From assembly GCA_004431415.1 (NCBI GenBank), contig QPMI01000638.1, forward strand, positions 175,728-239,727: a DNA stretch of 64,000 nucleotides. The letters are read 5' to 3'. The DNA is from Cyanophora paradoxa CCMP329 (Eukaryota; Plantae; Glaucophyta). This document shows positions 41,101-54,996 of the stretch, piece after piece. The number at the start of each line of letters is the position of its first letter. Position 1 is the stretch's first letter. The translations under genes and the position numbers were made by a program. The notes beneath the pieces are model-generated. The model was given only the letters and a program-made list of their open reading frames with translations. It was not told the DNA's origin and made no database searches.

Positions 41101-42313
41101 CTGATGCGCTCTTGCCCAGCTTCGAGAGTCCTCGAAAGAAGCGAAGGAGAGCATTTCGAAAGCCGCGCTCGAATTCAAGAGTTTCCAAGGTCTGCTTCAG
41201 GCGTGAGACTGCCGACCTGCGTTCACAAGCTGTTTTGTTGTGCAGTTTGCATGGAGGAAGAGCACGCAAGGAAACTTCTGCAGTTGCAGAACAGTTACGA
41301 GCAGAAGCTGAGTTTGTTGGAAGATCAGCTCGCGGAGAAGGTACGGACATTTGGAACTCCTGAATTGTATGCCAGTGGTTTTATTCCCGTCTCTCAGGAG
41401 ACTGCCATTTCAGCTCTTCAGAAGGCTCTGACTGGTGCCTGGTGGCCTGCCTCGTGGCATATGCATAAGCTTGTTTTCTGATTCTGGAATACTTCAGATG
41501 CCGCTCTGAAGTCGAATATTACTGCCTCAATATCAGACAATGTATTATTCTTCGCAAGCCACTCATTCGTTTTTCCTTCCGAATCAACCGATTCACAGAC
41601 TGCAAGCAAGGCTGTGACTTCGAGCAAACTTCTGGAGTCTGCCCATGGCCATGGCCAGGTTTGCCACCCCTGAAGCAACAACCATTGCTGGGAATAATAT
41701 CTGCTCAGATTCAGAAAACCGAGCGGAACCACGCAAATGTTCTTGATGCCGGCAGAAGCGCATCCTCGCAGAAACGCTTGAAGGTTGTTTTTCCCACCAT
41801 GACTTCCTTCCAGTTGTGGGCTGATCTTTGCAAGACAAAGGTTGAACCCACAACTGAAGTTTCTGTTTTACCAGAGAGCTGCAATGCCAAGCCCACGCTG
41901 AAGCAGGTCTGTGGGGAGAAGCTGTGTGATCAGTATTGTGCTGACGCTTGCAGAAGTCGGCAGCTCGCAAGGGCGTTGTTTCGTCTACACACAGGGAGGA
42001 TGCTTTGCCCCGAGAAAGCTCCATGTCGAGCAAGAAACGGCAAGCTCAGGGCCAGATTTCTTCGGATTCTACTTCGAAGAAGGCATTTGATGTACGCATC
42101 TGTTGCAGCAACCTGCATAGGAAAATGGAATCATTGAACACATCCCTCCAGACTTTTGACAGCACTGGTCCATCACGCCGGTTCGGTTCTGCAAGCGCCA
42201 GCAAGGGTGGACGTGAGGCAAAGGGGAATGTGAGCCGTGTGGCAGCTCGAGCAACTACCGCTGGTTCTCTGTCCTCCGATGACCTCTTTGACGATTTCGG
42301 CTTCAACGAGTAG
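38135..42313 (+). CDS. ZYP1: Long coiled-coil protein resembling the synaptonemal-complex transverse filament ZYP1
   Basis: Spliced N-terminus ASFDSVKLT|IQNLARHHTSMRTEAHTT|NERL...LEAEL...NEK|IAL...WKG aligns without gaps to recalled plant ZYP1; central heptads; basic S/T tail ending GSLSSDDLFDDFGFNE. Confidence 0.7.
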
Positions 42314-42952
42314 TCGGCCCTGGGAAAAGATACGCCATTATGTTGGTGCCTGTCCTGTCACTGGATTCAAAATGCGAACATCATCTAAACGCCTCTCTGC
42401 ATCTGCTGCATGCGTTTTGACGCGACACACGTTCGACACTGGTCTCGAGCTCTGGGCCGCAGGTCATCATTGATGACTGATCACGACAGTGATTTCTGAT
42501 TTGGATCTGAGAGGCGCCAGGCTTAATTAATTATATAAGGCTTTGATTTGTGTCTTATGCATACTCTTCTTCTTCTTTTTGATCATCGGATTTGGATTTG
42601 GACCCTTTCTTGATGGCGATTTTGATTTGGATCTTGAGGCTGGCAGAGTCTGAGTTGGGGCGCGCGCGGCGGGGCCGGGCGGAGGCTTTGTTTTGGATCT
42701 CAGAAGCGCCAGGCTTACGGCTTTGACTATGATTTTGATTTGGACCCTTGTTAGATTTGATCCGATGATCGCGACTTTGATTTCAATGTTTGGACTACGT
42801 GTATACCGTAGTACCTCATTTGGCTTCAATCTAGCCCTGGTGTAAATCACATATGCATACGCTATGTCTACTACTCTGATAAGCTAGACAATATCGAACA
42901 TTGATATTAAGTGTCTACAGTGAACGTTAACACTTCTGATTTTGTCAAGGCG

Positions 42953-43110
42953 TGCTCCTTCTAGGCTACGGGCGCACCAAACACTCCTAGCCATCAGCGC
43001 TTTAACTATACCCGTGCTGGTCGGGATCTGAGGGGAGGAGAGCCCTGTCTGGTGGAAGAGGGAGTTTATCTAGCTACGAGCTGAGCAGGCGCTTCGCGTC
43101 CACGCCCGTT
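42953..43110 (-). repeat. Family D, divergent copy
   Basis: Conserved ends (ctacgggcg; gagcaggcgcttcgcgtccacgcccgt) around a divergent middle. Confidence 0.8.
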
Positions 43111-43252
43111 GGGACCAGCTGGGACCAGTTCTGACCACGGTTGGAAGCTCCGTGCGCAGTCCCCGATGAACTCGGGACAGCAGCAGCTCGTTGAGTAACT
43201 CGAATCACAGTATTGAAATCATTACGAGCAACCCTCGTAGGGGATCCTGTAC

Positions 43253-45916
43253 CTAGAATCCTTTGCCCCTCTTGACCTTCTTCTTTGGTTTCTCGCTAGC
43301 CACCTCTGGTGAAGGTGCAAAGGGGTTGGCAAAGTTTCCCATCCCACCAGGGCCTTGACCCTGTGCCTGGACAGTGAGGGCTATGAAAACGAAAGGCACG
43401 GTGTCACCGTACCTGCATCATCCGCTTGCTCATCGTGGACATCATCTCACGCATCCGTTTGAAGTCATTGATCATACCTGTGCAAAGGTCATCAACATTT
43501 CATCTACGACCGCAAGAAAAAAACACACTTGTGACCTCTTCCTCTGTCCTGCCAGATCCTGATGCGATTCGACGCCTGTGGTCTTGTGAGTCCCTATGGA
43601 CCAAGAACCCTATCCATGAAGACGTACCTCCTTTGCGGACTTTCCTTGTCAGTGAGGAGCAAGTCCGGATCAACACGCTCCTCTTTGGTCATGGCATTTA
43701 TGATGGACTCGTACATTTTCAACTGATGGTGCCGAACGAATCAGTACAGCTGCACAACTGCAAGGAGTTGTGATATCACAAAGCTCTCTAAGCAGGTCAC
43801 CTTCGTCTCGCCGGCACGAAGCTGGTCTGCAGGAATCTGCAATCGAAAAGCTTCAATAGACGCTCTAATTGACACAATGAGCATTTCACCTTGTTGAAGC
43901 CAGGGATCATTTTAAGTACACCACTCACGGTCCCCATGCCACGAACAAGACGCATCTGCGTATTGCTCGCCCAGATGTCCGAGAGTCCTCATGCTGTGTG
44001 CACCTGATTCATGAAGTCATTGAAATTGAATGTGCCATCCATCATCTTTTTCATGTTTTGCTGTTTTGCGAATAAGTTTGCAAACACAAAAAATGAATGG
44101 GAACCTGATCACTCACCTCTGCCTCATCAACGGTCACGAGTTCCTGAGCTTTCTCGACCTGGAGGTAGAATGAGGAACATCTGCGAGCACAGCGAAAAGA
44201 GAAAATTTGGAGACCAGCGAGACAATGTCTCCCATTCCCAATATACGGTTCGCCATCCGATCCGGATAGAAAGGCTGAGATGACCGCTCAGCGATTGGAA
44301 ACTACACACGTGCATGACCGTGGTACCTGCAGAGAGTCCATCTTCTCGCCCACTCCGACAAATTTGATCGGTTTACCAGAAACCTATGCAAGCCCACTCG
44401 ACACCATGTGTTCGCTTCTAGAACGGGAGCTTCAATACCTCACGAATCGATAGCGCAGCCCCGCCTCGGGAGTCACCTGGGCTGAGTTGAGCAAGGCTCG
44501 ATTGCGTTGCTCGATCAGAAAAAATCCCGAACCATCAAGCTTGGTGAGCAGAGCACCCGTGATTCCGATCTCATCGTCAAATCGCTTCGTGAGGGCAGCA
44601 GCCTCCTGACCTGTGCCCATGCCGATGAGCGGAGTTCAAACCAAAAAGTTAGCTGCATTATCAACTGACCTGTCATGGCGTCTACAACCAACAAAGTCTC
44701 CACAGGCAAAACGGCGTTCTTGATCCGCTGGAGTTCGAGCATCAAGTTATCGTCGATCGCGAGCCGCCCTGTGTGCACCAGTAAGAAACTCTCATTTTTC
44801 AGCGATTGCCCAGAGCTTGCCGGCAGTGTCGATGATGACAGTGTCGCAACCAAGGGATGTAGCCTCCTCGATGCCTTTCTTTGCGATTTCGACAGGGTTT
44901 GCTCCTTCAAGGCTGAATACGGGGATGTCGATGCTCTGCGGTCAACTCTCTCAGGATCCTTCGTGGCTGATCGCATCGAAGGGAGGGGCACCTTCCCCAA
45001 AATCTTCAGCTGTTCAACCGCTGCAGGCCTATAAACATCCGCAGCAACAAGAAAAGGTTTCTTGCCCTGCTTGTTGAGATAGAACGCCAGCTTTCCAGTG
45101 GCAGTTGTCTTACCAACACCCTGCCAGTGAAAAGTCAGCTGCAAATTATATTGAGAGGGGAGTCCTTTTGAGCAAGAACCTGTAAGCCAGCCATCAGAAT
45201 GACCGTCGGTCCGTTCCCAGGGGGTGCTTCGTTCAACGGGACCATTTCCTCGCCCATCACTTTCTTGAGCTCATCGTGCACAACTTTAATGAACATCTGC
45301 AGACCGGCATTATTTCTTGCTTGTGACTGGCTCTCATGGCTGAACCCGCCTGCTCGGGAGTGACGCCGGAAACAACCGCGGTCCCTAGTGCTTTCTCCTC
45401 GACGTCCGCAACGAACCGCTTGACCACGTCTAGATTGACGTCTGCGTCAAGGAGAGAGAGCCGAACCTGCGACCGGAAGCGTCAGATCGGGCTGCGCGCA
45501 AACCGCGTCCCGAGTCAAACCTCACGCAGCGCCCCGCTGACGTTGTCCTTCGTGAGCTTCCCGCTCCCGATCTTCTTGACGGCGCTCTCGATGTTCGCTG
45601 CGAGGAACTCGAACATCTCGCTGCGAGGGCTGACGTACAGGCCAGGAAGAGGAACTTCAGATGCATCTTTCCTGCAGAGCGCCAGGCTGGACGATCCCAT
45701 GAAGAAGCCGCGAGCATACTCGAAGCGTGCGCTTGCGAACTCCGATCTCGGTTCAAAGCGCCGCACGTCCACCGGAGAGCGAACCCACCCGCGCGCATGT
45801 GCACGTGCGCTCGTGCGGCTGCAGACGGAAGGGCTAGCGAGCTCGTGCAACCCCAAGTCCCTGCATAGAGACAGCGCGACGCCCGCGCCCGCCGAGAACG
45901 CTGGTCCGCCGATCAT
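43253..45916 (-). CDS. ffh: Plastid signal recognition particle SRP54/Ffh
   Basis: About 100-aa extension before MFEFL; ILMAGLQ|[46 protein letters not shown]; M domain; ends KGF*. Confidence 0.95.
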
Positions 45917-46419
45917 CCTGATGGCGTGCGTACCCGGCGGTACCCTCGGTTTTGGTTAAGATCAAATTTGTTCTGTCAGAGGGCGAATGCCGAATCCGGC
46001 TGCGCGAGGCTGATCTCCGGGCTGGAATAACGATATTGTAACTGGCGGCGCAGGCGCAGATCATCGGCCCGTCGGCGGGTGGGCCCTTGTTCGCGCCGTA
46101 CCCCGCTCGTTCTTGCCCCCCGGCCGCAGATTTCAGCCAGGTCCGTTCTCCTCGCCCCTCCCCGCTCGTAGGATACGCTCCTCTTTCCTGCGAGCTGTAA
46201 TTCGAACGGCAAGTCGAGTCTAGCTCCCGCGTCCCGACCCCTGTCTCCGATCATAGCGGCCGCGGGGCGGGAGATCGCTTAAGAGTTCGCGAATCTCGCA
46301 CGTCGCGTCGTTGGCATGTGTTTGAAGCGGGCGTTTCACGGCGGCCCACACTCAAGGAATCCCGTCCACCGCCCGTCCGCTTTCGATTCCAATCCGGGGC
46401 GCAGGAGTAGTTCACGGAG

Positions 46420-48543
46420 ATGGCGTGCCAGATTATCACCTCCGATGGCGAGTTCAGGTGCGACCTACGTTGCTCCGTCGCCTGCAAGCGATCACGGACG
46501 CGCAAGCACAGGGCTGGCGACGACTCGTTCCAGAGCATCGAGACGGCGATCAGCGGGAAGGAGCTCATCAGCGTGGCGATTCTGGGCGCCCAGAGCAGCG
46601 GAAAGAGTGTGCCGCTCCATGCGCGCGGGTTTCGGAAAACCTCACGGTGCTTCAGGCACGCTCCTGAACGAGCTCTTCGGCACGGCTTTCGCGGTTCACG
46701 GTCCCGGCGCGCCTTCCACGAAGGGCGTTGCGCTCAGCGCTGTCCCGATGGATGACACGCACGATTTGATCGTGCTCGACGTCGAGGGGAGCGACAGCCG
46801 GGAGCGCGGCGACGGCGCCAAGGTCGACGCCTTAGTCTGGGTCCCTGCTGGGCGTACTTTGACACGGCAATTGCAGGTCTTCGCCAAGAAGACGGGTCTT
46901 TTCGCGCTGCAGCTCTGCGACGTGGTCATTGTGAACATGTGGTTCCACGATGTGGGCCGCTCCGATGGGAATGCGTCGCTTGTCCGTGGCCTCTTCGAGG
47001 AAGGCCTCAAGCTCGCCGCTGCAAGGTATATTCCGTGCCTCGTAGAGACGGGCCCCTTCTAAGTGTTGCGCAGCGAGAACCCCGCAAAGACGCACATCCT
47101 GTTCATCGTCCGCGACCAGGATGAGCAGGTCTGCGTGCGAACTTCTGAAGTGTTCCGTTCGCTTGCTGAAAGCGAGTAGGTGTCTGATGATGACTTGCGG
47201 TCGGCTGTCCTCGGTGAGGTTCAGCAGCTTTACGCAGAGGCCCCGAAGGTACGTGTCCTGGACAGAAGCAATCCTTTCGTCTGATCCGGCTTCCTTCAGC
47301 CTTCGAAGCTGGTCGCCGCACCTATGTCCTCCTTCTTCGACTTCTCTGTCTATGGCCTTCCCCACCTTCGCTACGCGCGCGCGCAATTCTCTCAGAAGAT
47401 CTCGGCGCTTCGTGACCGGTGCGCGATCTCTGCACGTGCTGAAGTGATGCGAAGTTGATCGTTCCGCAGGTTCATGCTCAACACCGGCGACTGCTTCTTC
47501 TCGCCGGAGATTTCGAAGCACGTTCCCTCGGCCGATTTCTTCCAGTTCGCCGGCCAGTCGTGGGTTCGCAGCAGCGAGAGATTGTCTGTGGCAGTCGGTT
47601 TCTAACCCCGCCCGGCAGGATGCCATCTCTCGTCAGTCGATCGAGGCTGGCCCCAACGCATCGGACCTGCAGGCCGCGTACAAGTGCGACCAGGTGTACG
47701 CGGACCTGTTCCAGCAGTTCACCGCAGCCGTCAAGCCCTGGAAGACTTTGACGGACCAGAAGCTGATGGACAACTTCGGCAAGCGCGGCCACGAGCTGAT
47801 TCAGGCTTACCTTGGTGTGCGGCGATGTTCTTTCTTCATTAATCGATTTAACCCCGCCTACAGAGAAGTATGACCGCGAGATGGAGCCCTTCCGTGCTCT
47901 CGCTGTCTGCTCCAAGAAGCGTGCCGACTTCCAGAAGGCCATGCTGTCGGATTTGCACTCGATTTTTGTGAAGCTCATGCCACGGATTCGTCAAATGGCT
48001 CTTGCTCGCTTCAGGTCATCTCTCTCTTCGCCATTCCAGGCGCGTTCCCCGTCCCCGTTCAGCCCCTTCGCCATTTGAATGTGTTTCAGGATCTCGACGA
48101 TTTCCTGGACGCGGCAGAGCGCGAAGCGAAGACGCAGGAGCTCTTCTTCCTTCAGAAGGCGAATGGTCTGTCAAAGGTCTTCATGGTGCAATTCTTCAAG
48201 TCGCTGACTTCACCGTACAGCCTGTGTTGTGCCCACAGCCCCGTGGTCATATGCCAATGAGCGCATGGAGCTTCAGGCCCTCATCCAGGAGTTTGCCGAG
48301 GAGAAGAAGGCGGCGATTGTCCAGATCCAGAAGGCGAACGCTCAGCTTTCTCAGAGGTATCATCAGTATTCTCTTCGAAATTAGTTCTTTTCTGACGCGA
48401 TAGCAGCGAAAGCCGGCAGCCGAAGATGACGAATTTGTACGTTTTTTTGTGCTCATCGTGTTTTGCTTTTGTGCTGATTGTGCAATCTCCGCAGCAACTT
48501 CTCCTTCGGCTTTAACTTTCAGTTCGGCCCTGGTGGATATTAG
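46420..48543 (+). CDS. SEY1/RHD3-family dynamin-like GTPase (short form)
   Basis: VAILGAQSSGK|STLLNELFGTAF, TKGV, LIVLDVEGSDSRERG, LFAL, NMWFHDVGR, LFIVRD. Confidence 0.85.
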
Positions 48544-49101
48544 AGCTCATTGACAGTTGTTGACTGTTGTCTTGGATGCAATTATAGTTCGCCAATGCTC
48601 TCACCCTCTCTCGACAAGCTACGTGAAGGCCCCCCTCCCACACGGGAAGGCCAGGCCCTCCTGCGAGGCTGACTCTCGCGGCCAGACTCTCACTGAGCAG
48701 ATGATATATTTATTATAAAAGCCCAACTGGTATACGTACTGGGGCGTGGACAGTGACCATAGGCTTCTGTTTTAATGCAACGGGAGGGGAGAAAGAGGGG
48801 GACATGGAATGGCTTACAAGTTAAGCTTACAGTTAAGCTTAAGCCCAGCTAGCTGCGCATCGAGCCCGGCTGGCCCAGCCCGCGGCCGAAGGGAGCTAAG
48901 CTTGAGAGTTACGATTACGATCACTTAGTCAGCTAGATCTAGACGCGCGGGCTCTCTCTCTCTCTTTATCCTGCTCTCTCCCGGGCTCTCCCTCCGCCGA
49001 CAAAGGTCTCCTTGCTCGCGCGCGCGCCCCTGGCTAGGCGGCTCTCGCTCACGAGGAGGTGGAATGGGTTCAATGAATACTGCAGGACGGACTTCCTAAA
49101 A

Positions 49102-50974
49102 TCAATCTTTCTTCCCAGTTGACGATCCAAGCCACGACTCCCAGTCCTCCTCTCCATCCGTTTTTGGTGGCTTTGGAGAAGGTGAGGGCTGCTTGGTAGG
49201 GGCAGGGGTAAGCTGCTCTTGAGACTTCGCTTCGTCCCCCCAGCTGCCCCAACCATCCGCTTGATTCACAGGAGGGGAAGACCGGCCGACGTTCGATGGT
49301 GCAGACTGCCAGCCATCAGAAGAAGAGTTCCAGCTGCCACCAGCGAATCCATCCATGTGCTTTGTTGTCTGCACACTCATAAGTAAAACGTGTTGCACAC
49401 AGCTGAGGCGCACATACATTGCTTTTCAGGTGGTCAAGATCCCCTCGTGCTGAAAATTCGAGGCCTTTAGATACTCCAGACATTGCACTTTGGGCGGATT
49501 TCGCTAGACTTGTAGCCAAGCTTGCTGCTTCATCCATGATGTGCCCTTCCCTCACCTACGCCAGAATCAGCAGCCTTGCTAGAAATTGGAAACCCATCCT
49601 TACAACCTTGGATGCAACTGTTCGACTCGTCTCAGCGGCCACTGATGCAGCTGCAGCGGCCACGTTGGTAGCTGCAGTCGAAAGCTTGAAAAACCCATCC
49701 TTCAAAAAGCCGATCTGCACATGTGTAAGTTTTCATACATTCCTGGGCATTTGAAAAGTGAAGGAAGCACAGCTGCATCCGAATTTACACCGCGAAGGAG
49801 CTGACCACCAAGCGCTGTCGCACTGCTGCTTGATGGTGGACTTGATCGACCCCTGAGGACATGTGACTGGGGTTCTAGAAGGAAACCAAAACCATCCTGT
49901 ACCCGCTCTTCTCGTAGTATTGGTCCGAGCTCAGGCTGATCGTGAAAAACAAATAAGTACTCCAGTTAGCTGCCAAGGTAAGAACCGCCCTCACCTCCAG
50001 GTTTCGATCTTTTTGGCACCAGACGCTGCTGGGAAGCTGCTTGGAGATGGTGATGGGTTCTTGGGAGGAGCGCTACTAGCATCGCCCCAGCCCCAGTCTC
50101 CGTCTGTGGTCAATTTCTTTGTCGTTGATCCCCCAACAGAGGGTGTGCTTCGACCACTACCACTCGAAATTCCTGGGGTTAGAGCCCGCCCCTGCATGAA
50201 CAGTGAGAGTCATACAGCGTTGCCAAGGGCATCAACGAACAGGCTGGGCTGCCGGGGGGGTGTACGAGACGGTGCCATTCGGCGGTGGAAACCACGCTTT
50301 CCCCTCGACAATGCTCCGAAGCTTTTCGCGATAAAGTTCCGCGATGTTCGATTTGTACTTCATCTGGGGCAGCGTCACTGAGGGATGCAATGCGCGCGGG
50401 AGGAAATGCAAATACTTCGATGCTTGCGCTCTCGGGCACCCCGTACTCTTTGAAAAAGGCGATGAGCTTCTCGTTGCCGCCCGCCTGCCGCAGACGTAAT
50501 TCAGAGCGAGCTACTTGAAAAGCGAAACTGCAGAGCTGTAAGCAGGCGACCTGCATCGAGCGCAGCTGGCGCGCATTCCAGGCATCCATGGTCAAGGACC
50601 GAACGAAGCTGGCGCATGGTCAGGGCGGATTGGGTCGAGGGCGCCGGCGAGCCAACCTGATGTGGACGCCGAGGGATCTGTGGATGCCAGAGCACTCCAG
50701 GCAAAAGAATATGCCAAGATTGACTGCGGCGCAGCTCAGGGAGCGTCGGCTGTCATCATGCGCATGGCGCGCCTGAGGCCCACTGCGGATTGTTGGCCTT
50801 GCAGTCGACGCACACCTGTGGTCAAGCGGGAGTCAATTCGTTGCGAGCGGCGGCCCTACGACGTGCGCGCGGCCACTGACGAGCGCGCGAGGCCCAACGA
50901 ACCTTGTTTTCCGGTACGAGCTTCATCTGCGTGAACAGCTCGCCCGCTGACATTCCGAACTCTTCGGCCGCCAT
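49102..50974 (-). CDS. ARFGAP1: ArfGAP1-type GTPase-activating protein
   Basis: NK|VCVDC...NPQWAS|VNLGIFFCLECSGIHRSLGVHI|SFVRSLTMDAW...GGN; Trp/Gly/Asp-rich tail. Confidence 0.9.
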
Positions 50975-51728
50975 CGTTGAAAACTAATACCGTACCCCCA
51001 CCGGCAGCACTGGCCATGGGCAGCCACTAGTACTAGCTGCGCCCGGCCGTTGAAGCTATATATACGGTCGGATTTTCATCCAGGGTCCGATTTTGATCTG
51101 CGGTCGGATTTTGCTCGGCCTTTCACAGATCAGGGGCAGACCATTCCCAGTAACCGGCCTCATGGGGAAACCGTGACCCGTAACCCCCGGCCCATGGCCG
51201 GCCCCCGTGTACGTAGATCACTGAGTCACAGATCATCGGATGCATATGCATGCGCAGCTAGCTAGCGCTAGCCGTCAGCGCACATTGAGTTAACTTTGCA
51301 ACTTGGCAATACTCCGTACTTTAAAATTTGCAATTGCCAGCAGCTAGCGCTAGCCGTCGGCTGGACTCTGTAAATAATTCTCGAATTCGAACCCCTCATA
51401 TGATCACTGAGTCAAACTTCAAAATCAATAACTCAAATCATGATCACGCTGGCACGTAGTTTTACAAGCAACCCCCATGATCACAGTCCGGGCTACGAAG
51501 TGGCGATTTCAAGGCATATCATTATTGTAATCGTAATCGTAACTGTAATCCCCTAGAAGCGCCAAAGCTTGAGCCATGCTAAGATGAGCCACGCTAATTG
51601 TAATCGTAACCGCAAAAGCAACGTACTGCTAGAGCTTGCATTTCAGATACGACTCACACGATGCAGCTAGATGTGCTAGCCGCTAGTGTATATCACGTGT
51701 CTACGCTGAACGCAGCGTGTATCTCCCT

Positions 51729-54700
51729 CTACATCTCAAAATCCAAATCAACATCCACCTCCACGAAGTCAAGATCGCACTCCTCGGCAGTGAGGACCTG
51801 CCCGAAACGCTGCTCGAGCAACTGAAGGAGATGTTAGTGCAGGCAATTCTCCTTCAATGGGAAGGCACCAACCTCGCTCATTTGCAGTGCGTCGTCCTCC
51901 TCGGTCTCCTCCACTGTCGTGCTAGCGCTGGCATGCACCGGGGCTTCCTGGGCTTCCTGGATTTTGATCTCAAGAGCCTGAATGCGAGCAGCCAGATCTG
52001 CAACCGCCTTCGTAGTCGCGAGAAGTTGCGAGGAGATCCGAGCATCGGAGGTCGAGGCCGTCTTCATTGCTGCTGTCGCCAAGTCGTTTGTTGTCTTTGA
52101 ATTGGCCTCCAGGTCTTCCAGACGGTCGGCAATGGAGTCCATTGCTGTGGCCTCCCCCTTCAAGCCAGCGAACTCGCTCCTCATCTGCTCAATAAGAGAA
52201 ACAATTCTGGTCAAGGTCTCCCTCATCTGAGACACAACAACAAATATCTCACAGTCTCCAGCGCGGATGCTGTCGCCGATGCAGAGCTCTGAACGGTCGT
52301 TGAGATTGCCTTCAGCTTGTCGGCATTGCTACAGCGGGAAAGTTGTTGGTGGAAGGGCAGTCCTCAAAAAAATTTCACGTGGCACTCACCTCGCGATCGC
52401 GATCTCCAGCGATTCATCCTTTGCAGAGAAGTTTTCCTCGGCAGAGAAGAATTTTGCAGAAAGATCCTTGAAGTCTTTCGTGAGAGCAGTGATAGATTCC
52501 TCGTGTGACTGAAGTCGCAGAATTAGGCACTGCCTGTTGCCAGAACAAAATCATCAAATGCCTGACCTCGTCTGCACTCTTCAGAGCAGCCATGTCTGCA
52601 ACCGCGCCATCGATCTTCAATTCAAGCGCACCGGACCGCATGCTCGCCTCCTCCTGTGTGGCTTCCAAGAGTGCGTTGATCGATTTGTCAGCATCAGAGA
52701 GAGCTGCATTACGTGAATACAGTTGTCAGCTCTTGTCTCCATTCGTGTGCTATAAGAACTTACTTGTAAGTGCTGCTCCGACTGAACTGAGCTGTTGGCC
52801 GATTTGAGCCTTGGATCCAGCGAAGTCGTCCTGCTGCTGATTGATTCGAGTCTCCAATTTCTCCAGACCATCCTGGAGCTCGGTGCGAATTGACGACCGC
52901 TCTGCAGCTGCTGCAGAAGATGCCTGCTGAAGCTCCTGGTCGCGGGCGTGCAGCGCCTCGGCAGAGCTCTTCGCGGCCTGAGAGATCGATGACAAGTCCT
53001 TCTGGAGCCCGGCAATCTGACCGTTGATGCCGCTCTTAACGCCATCCAGCGACTTCATTGCGTCGGTGCGGAAAGCGGACAGCGCGCCGTTGGTCAGGTC
53101 AATGCTGGTCTGGAGGGCGGCAGCCTTGTCCAAAATCTGAAATGAAGAGACGTCAGGCGACGCCAAGTCGCTACGCGGCGCATAAAATCACCGCATGGTC
53201 TGCTGCATCCAACTCTGCACGGGCCGATTCAACCTTCTGATCAGTCGCTTTGATGGCCTTGTCGAGAGTTTTGTCTGCGTGTGCGTAGCAGGATTTCAAC
53301 TATAATTAGAAAAGTGACAGATGGGACCAGGCCTATTCAACGCACCCGCTTCGGAGAGGGCTGAGAGAGCCTTCCCTACTTGCTCGAAGCGTTGGGCGTT
53401 CTCCGCCTGGGCAGACGCAAGACGAGTAGTTGCATCCTCTGCAATTTTATCGGCCTTGGTTGTGATGGTCAATGTCTCTGCGGCCAGTCGATTCTCGAGG
53501 CCTTTGATGATTGCATCGGTGCGGGCACTGTTGTTTGCAGCCTCAAGTTTGAGGGCCGCAATTTCGTCGTGCAAGTGCTCCGCCGTGGACGAGATTTGAG
53601 CGCCCACCCCCTCGAAAGCACGAGCGGCACTTGTACGGGATGCGTCGAGGTCGGTCGCGAGTTTCGTAGCCCCATCGCGCAGTTCTGCAATCCAGGTAAG
53701 GTGTTGTCGCTTAAAAAATAGGAAGGAAACAGTGCACCTGCCAACTGCTTCTCCACGACTGATGTGCGGCCGGTAAGATCGAGCTTCACTGTATCGATGG
53801 CGCGGGCCAGCACGTTATCCGCCGCATCCAAAGCTGCAACTTTCTCGTTGTGTGTCTGCTTAACGTCGTCGAGATCCTTCGTTATGACCTTCGTGACCTC
53901 ATCAAAACCACGAGCAGCCACGCTGAGCTGTTGCAAAACCTGGGCAAGGGGAGGATATATGTGAGTGACCTCTCTGCGGCTGCCAGCCACAGGAAGGAAG
54001 CTCGAGAGCGAAACACACTTCCGCCTTGCTGGTGTCAATGGCCTTCGCTGTTGGAAAAGAAATGTGAGAAGGGGAAAGAGAAAGCAACACCGACAAGAAT
54101 CCGAGTCCGCACCTAGGACTTCATCTGCAGCATCCAGGGATGTTTGCTTGTCCTCAAGCGCGGATTTCGTCGCTAGCATGCTAGTCTGCACATCCCCAAG
54201 CTGCTTGCTCAGTGCGCTGTGGGATTCAGAAAGCGCGCCACCAAGCTCGGCCTTGGTCTGCTTCAGAGCTGCATCGAGGGCTCCGTCCCGGGAACTGAGA
54301 TCCGTGAATTGAGCCGCGACATCGGCACGCGTGTCTAAGCGGCAGTTACGTCAACGGCTTCCTTTTAAAGTCGCACAAAAAGGCCTACGGTCAATGATCT
54401 CCCCAAGCGTCTTCCCTGTCTTAGCGATCGATTCGAGGAGGGCTTGATCAGCCGATTGAAGTTGTGCTGCGCAACAGATGTCGGAAAGCGCAGAGTGCGG
54501 TTCGGGAAGATTATGTGATGGCCGACGCGCTGCCGGCGTCCCCCGCACCGATGCTGGTGGCGTTGGCATCTGCCTTCGCTTCGATCTGGTTCGCCCGGGC
54601 GTTGAGCTGATCGCTGAGCGCGTGATTTGAGGTTCGGAGCTCAGAGGCGACAGTTTGGAGGTCCGACGCGCTCTTCTGCAGGCCGTTCGACAGCGAAAGG

Positions 54701-54996
54701 ATGCTATCCGAGTTCGCCTCGATCTGAACGGACGCAGAGATTCGCTGAGGTCAGTATACGTAGGGTTCGGTCTGCGGCTGCGACCTGCGGTCTACCAGCT
54801 CGCTGTCAACGGAAAACTGCACCGCGAACCTTGGAGAGCAGAGTAGCTCCAGTCTGCGAAATCACGTGGTCTAGCGCTGCGAGGCAAGCCGAGCTGAGCG
54901 GACGACCGCATGCGAAGTGGCAACGGCTCGGTAACAGCCGGGTGCTTAACGGCTCTGCTCACCTTCCAGTTTGGACTGCACTTGCGGCGACGCCAT
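51729..54996 (-). CDS. Large Ala/Leu-rich coiled-coil protein with an acidic C-terminus, function unknown
   Basis: Multi-exon heptad-rich frames from MASPQVQSKLE to DLDFVEVDVDLDFEM*. Confidence 0.75.
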
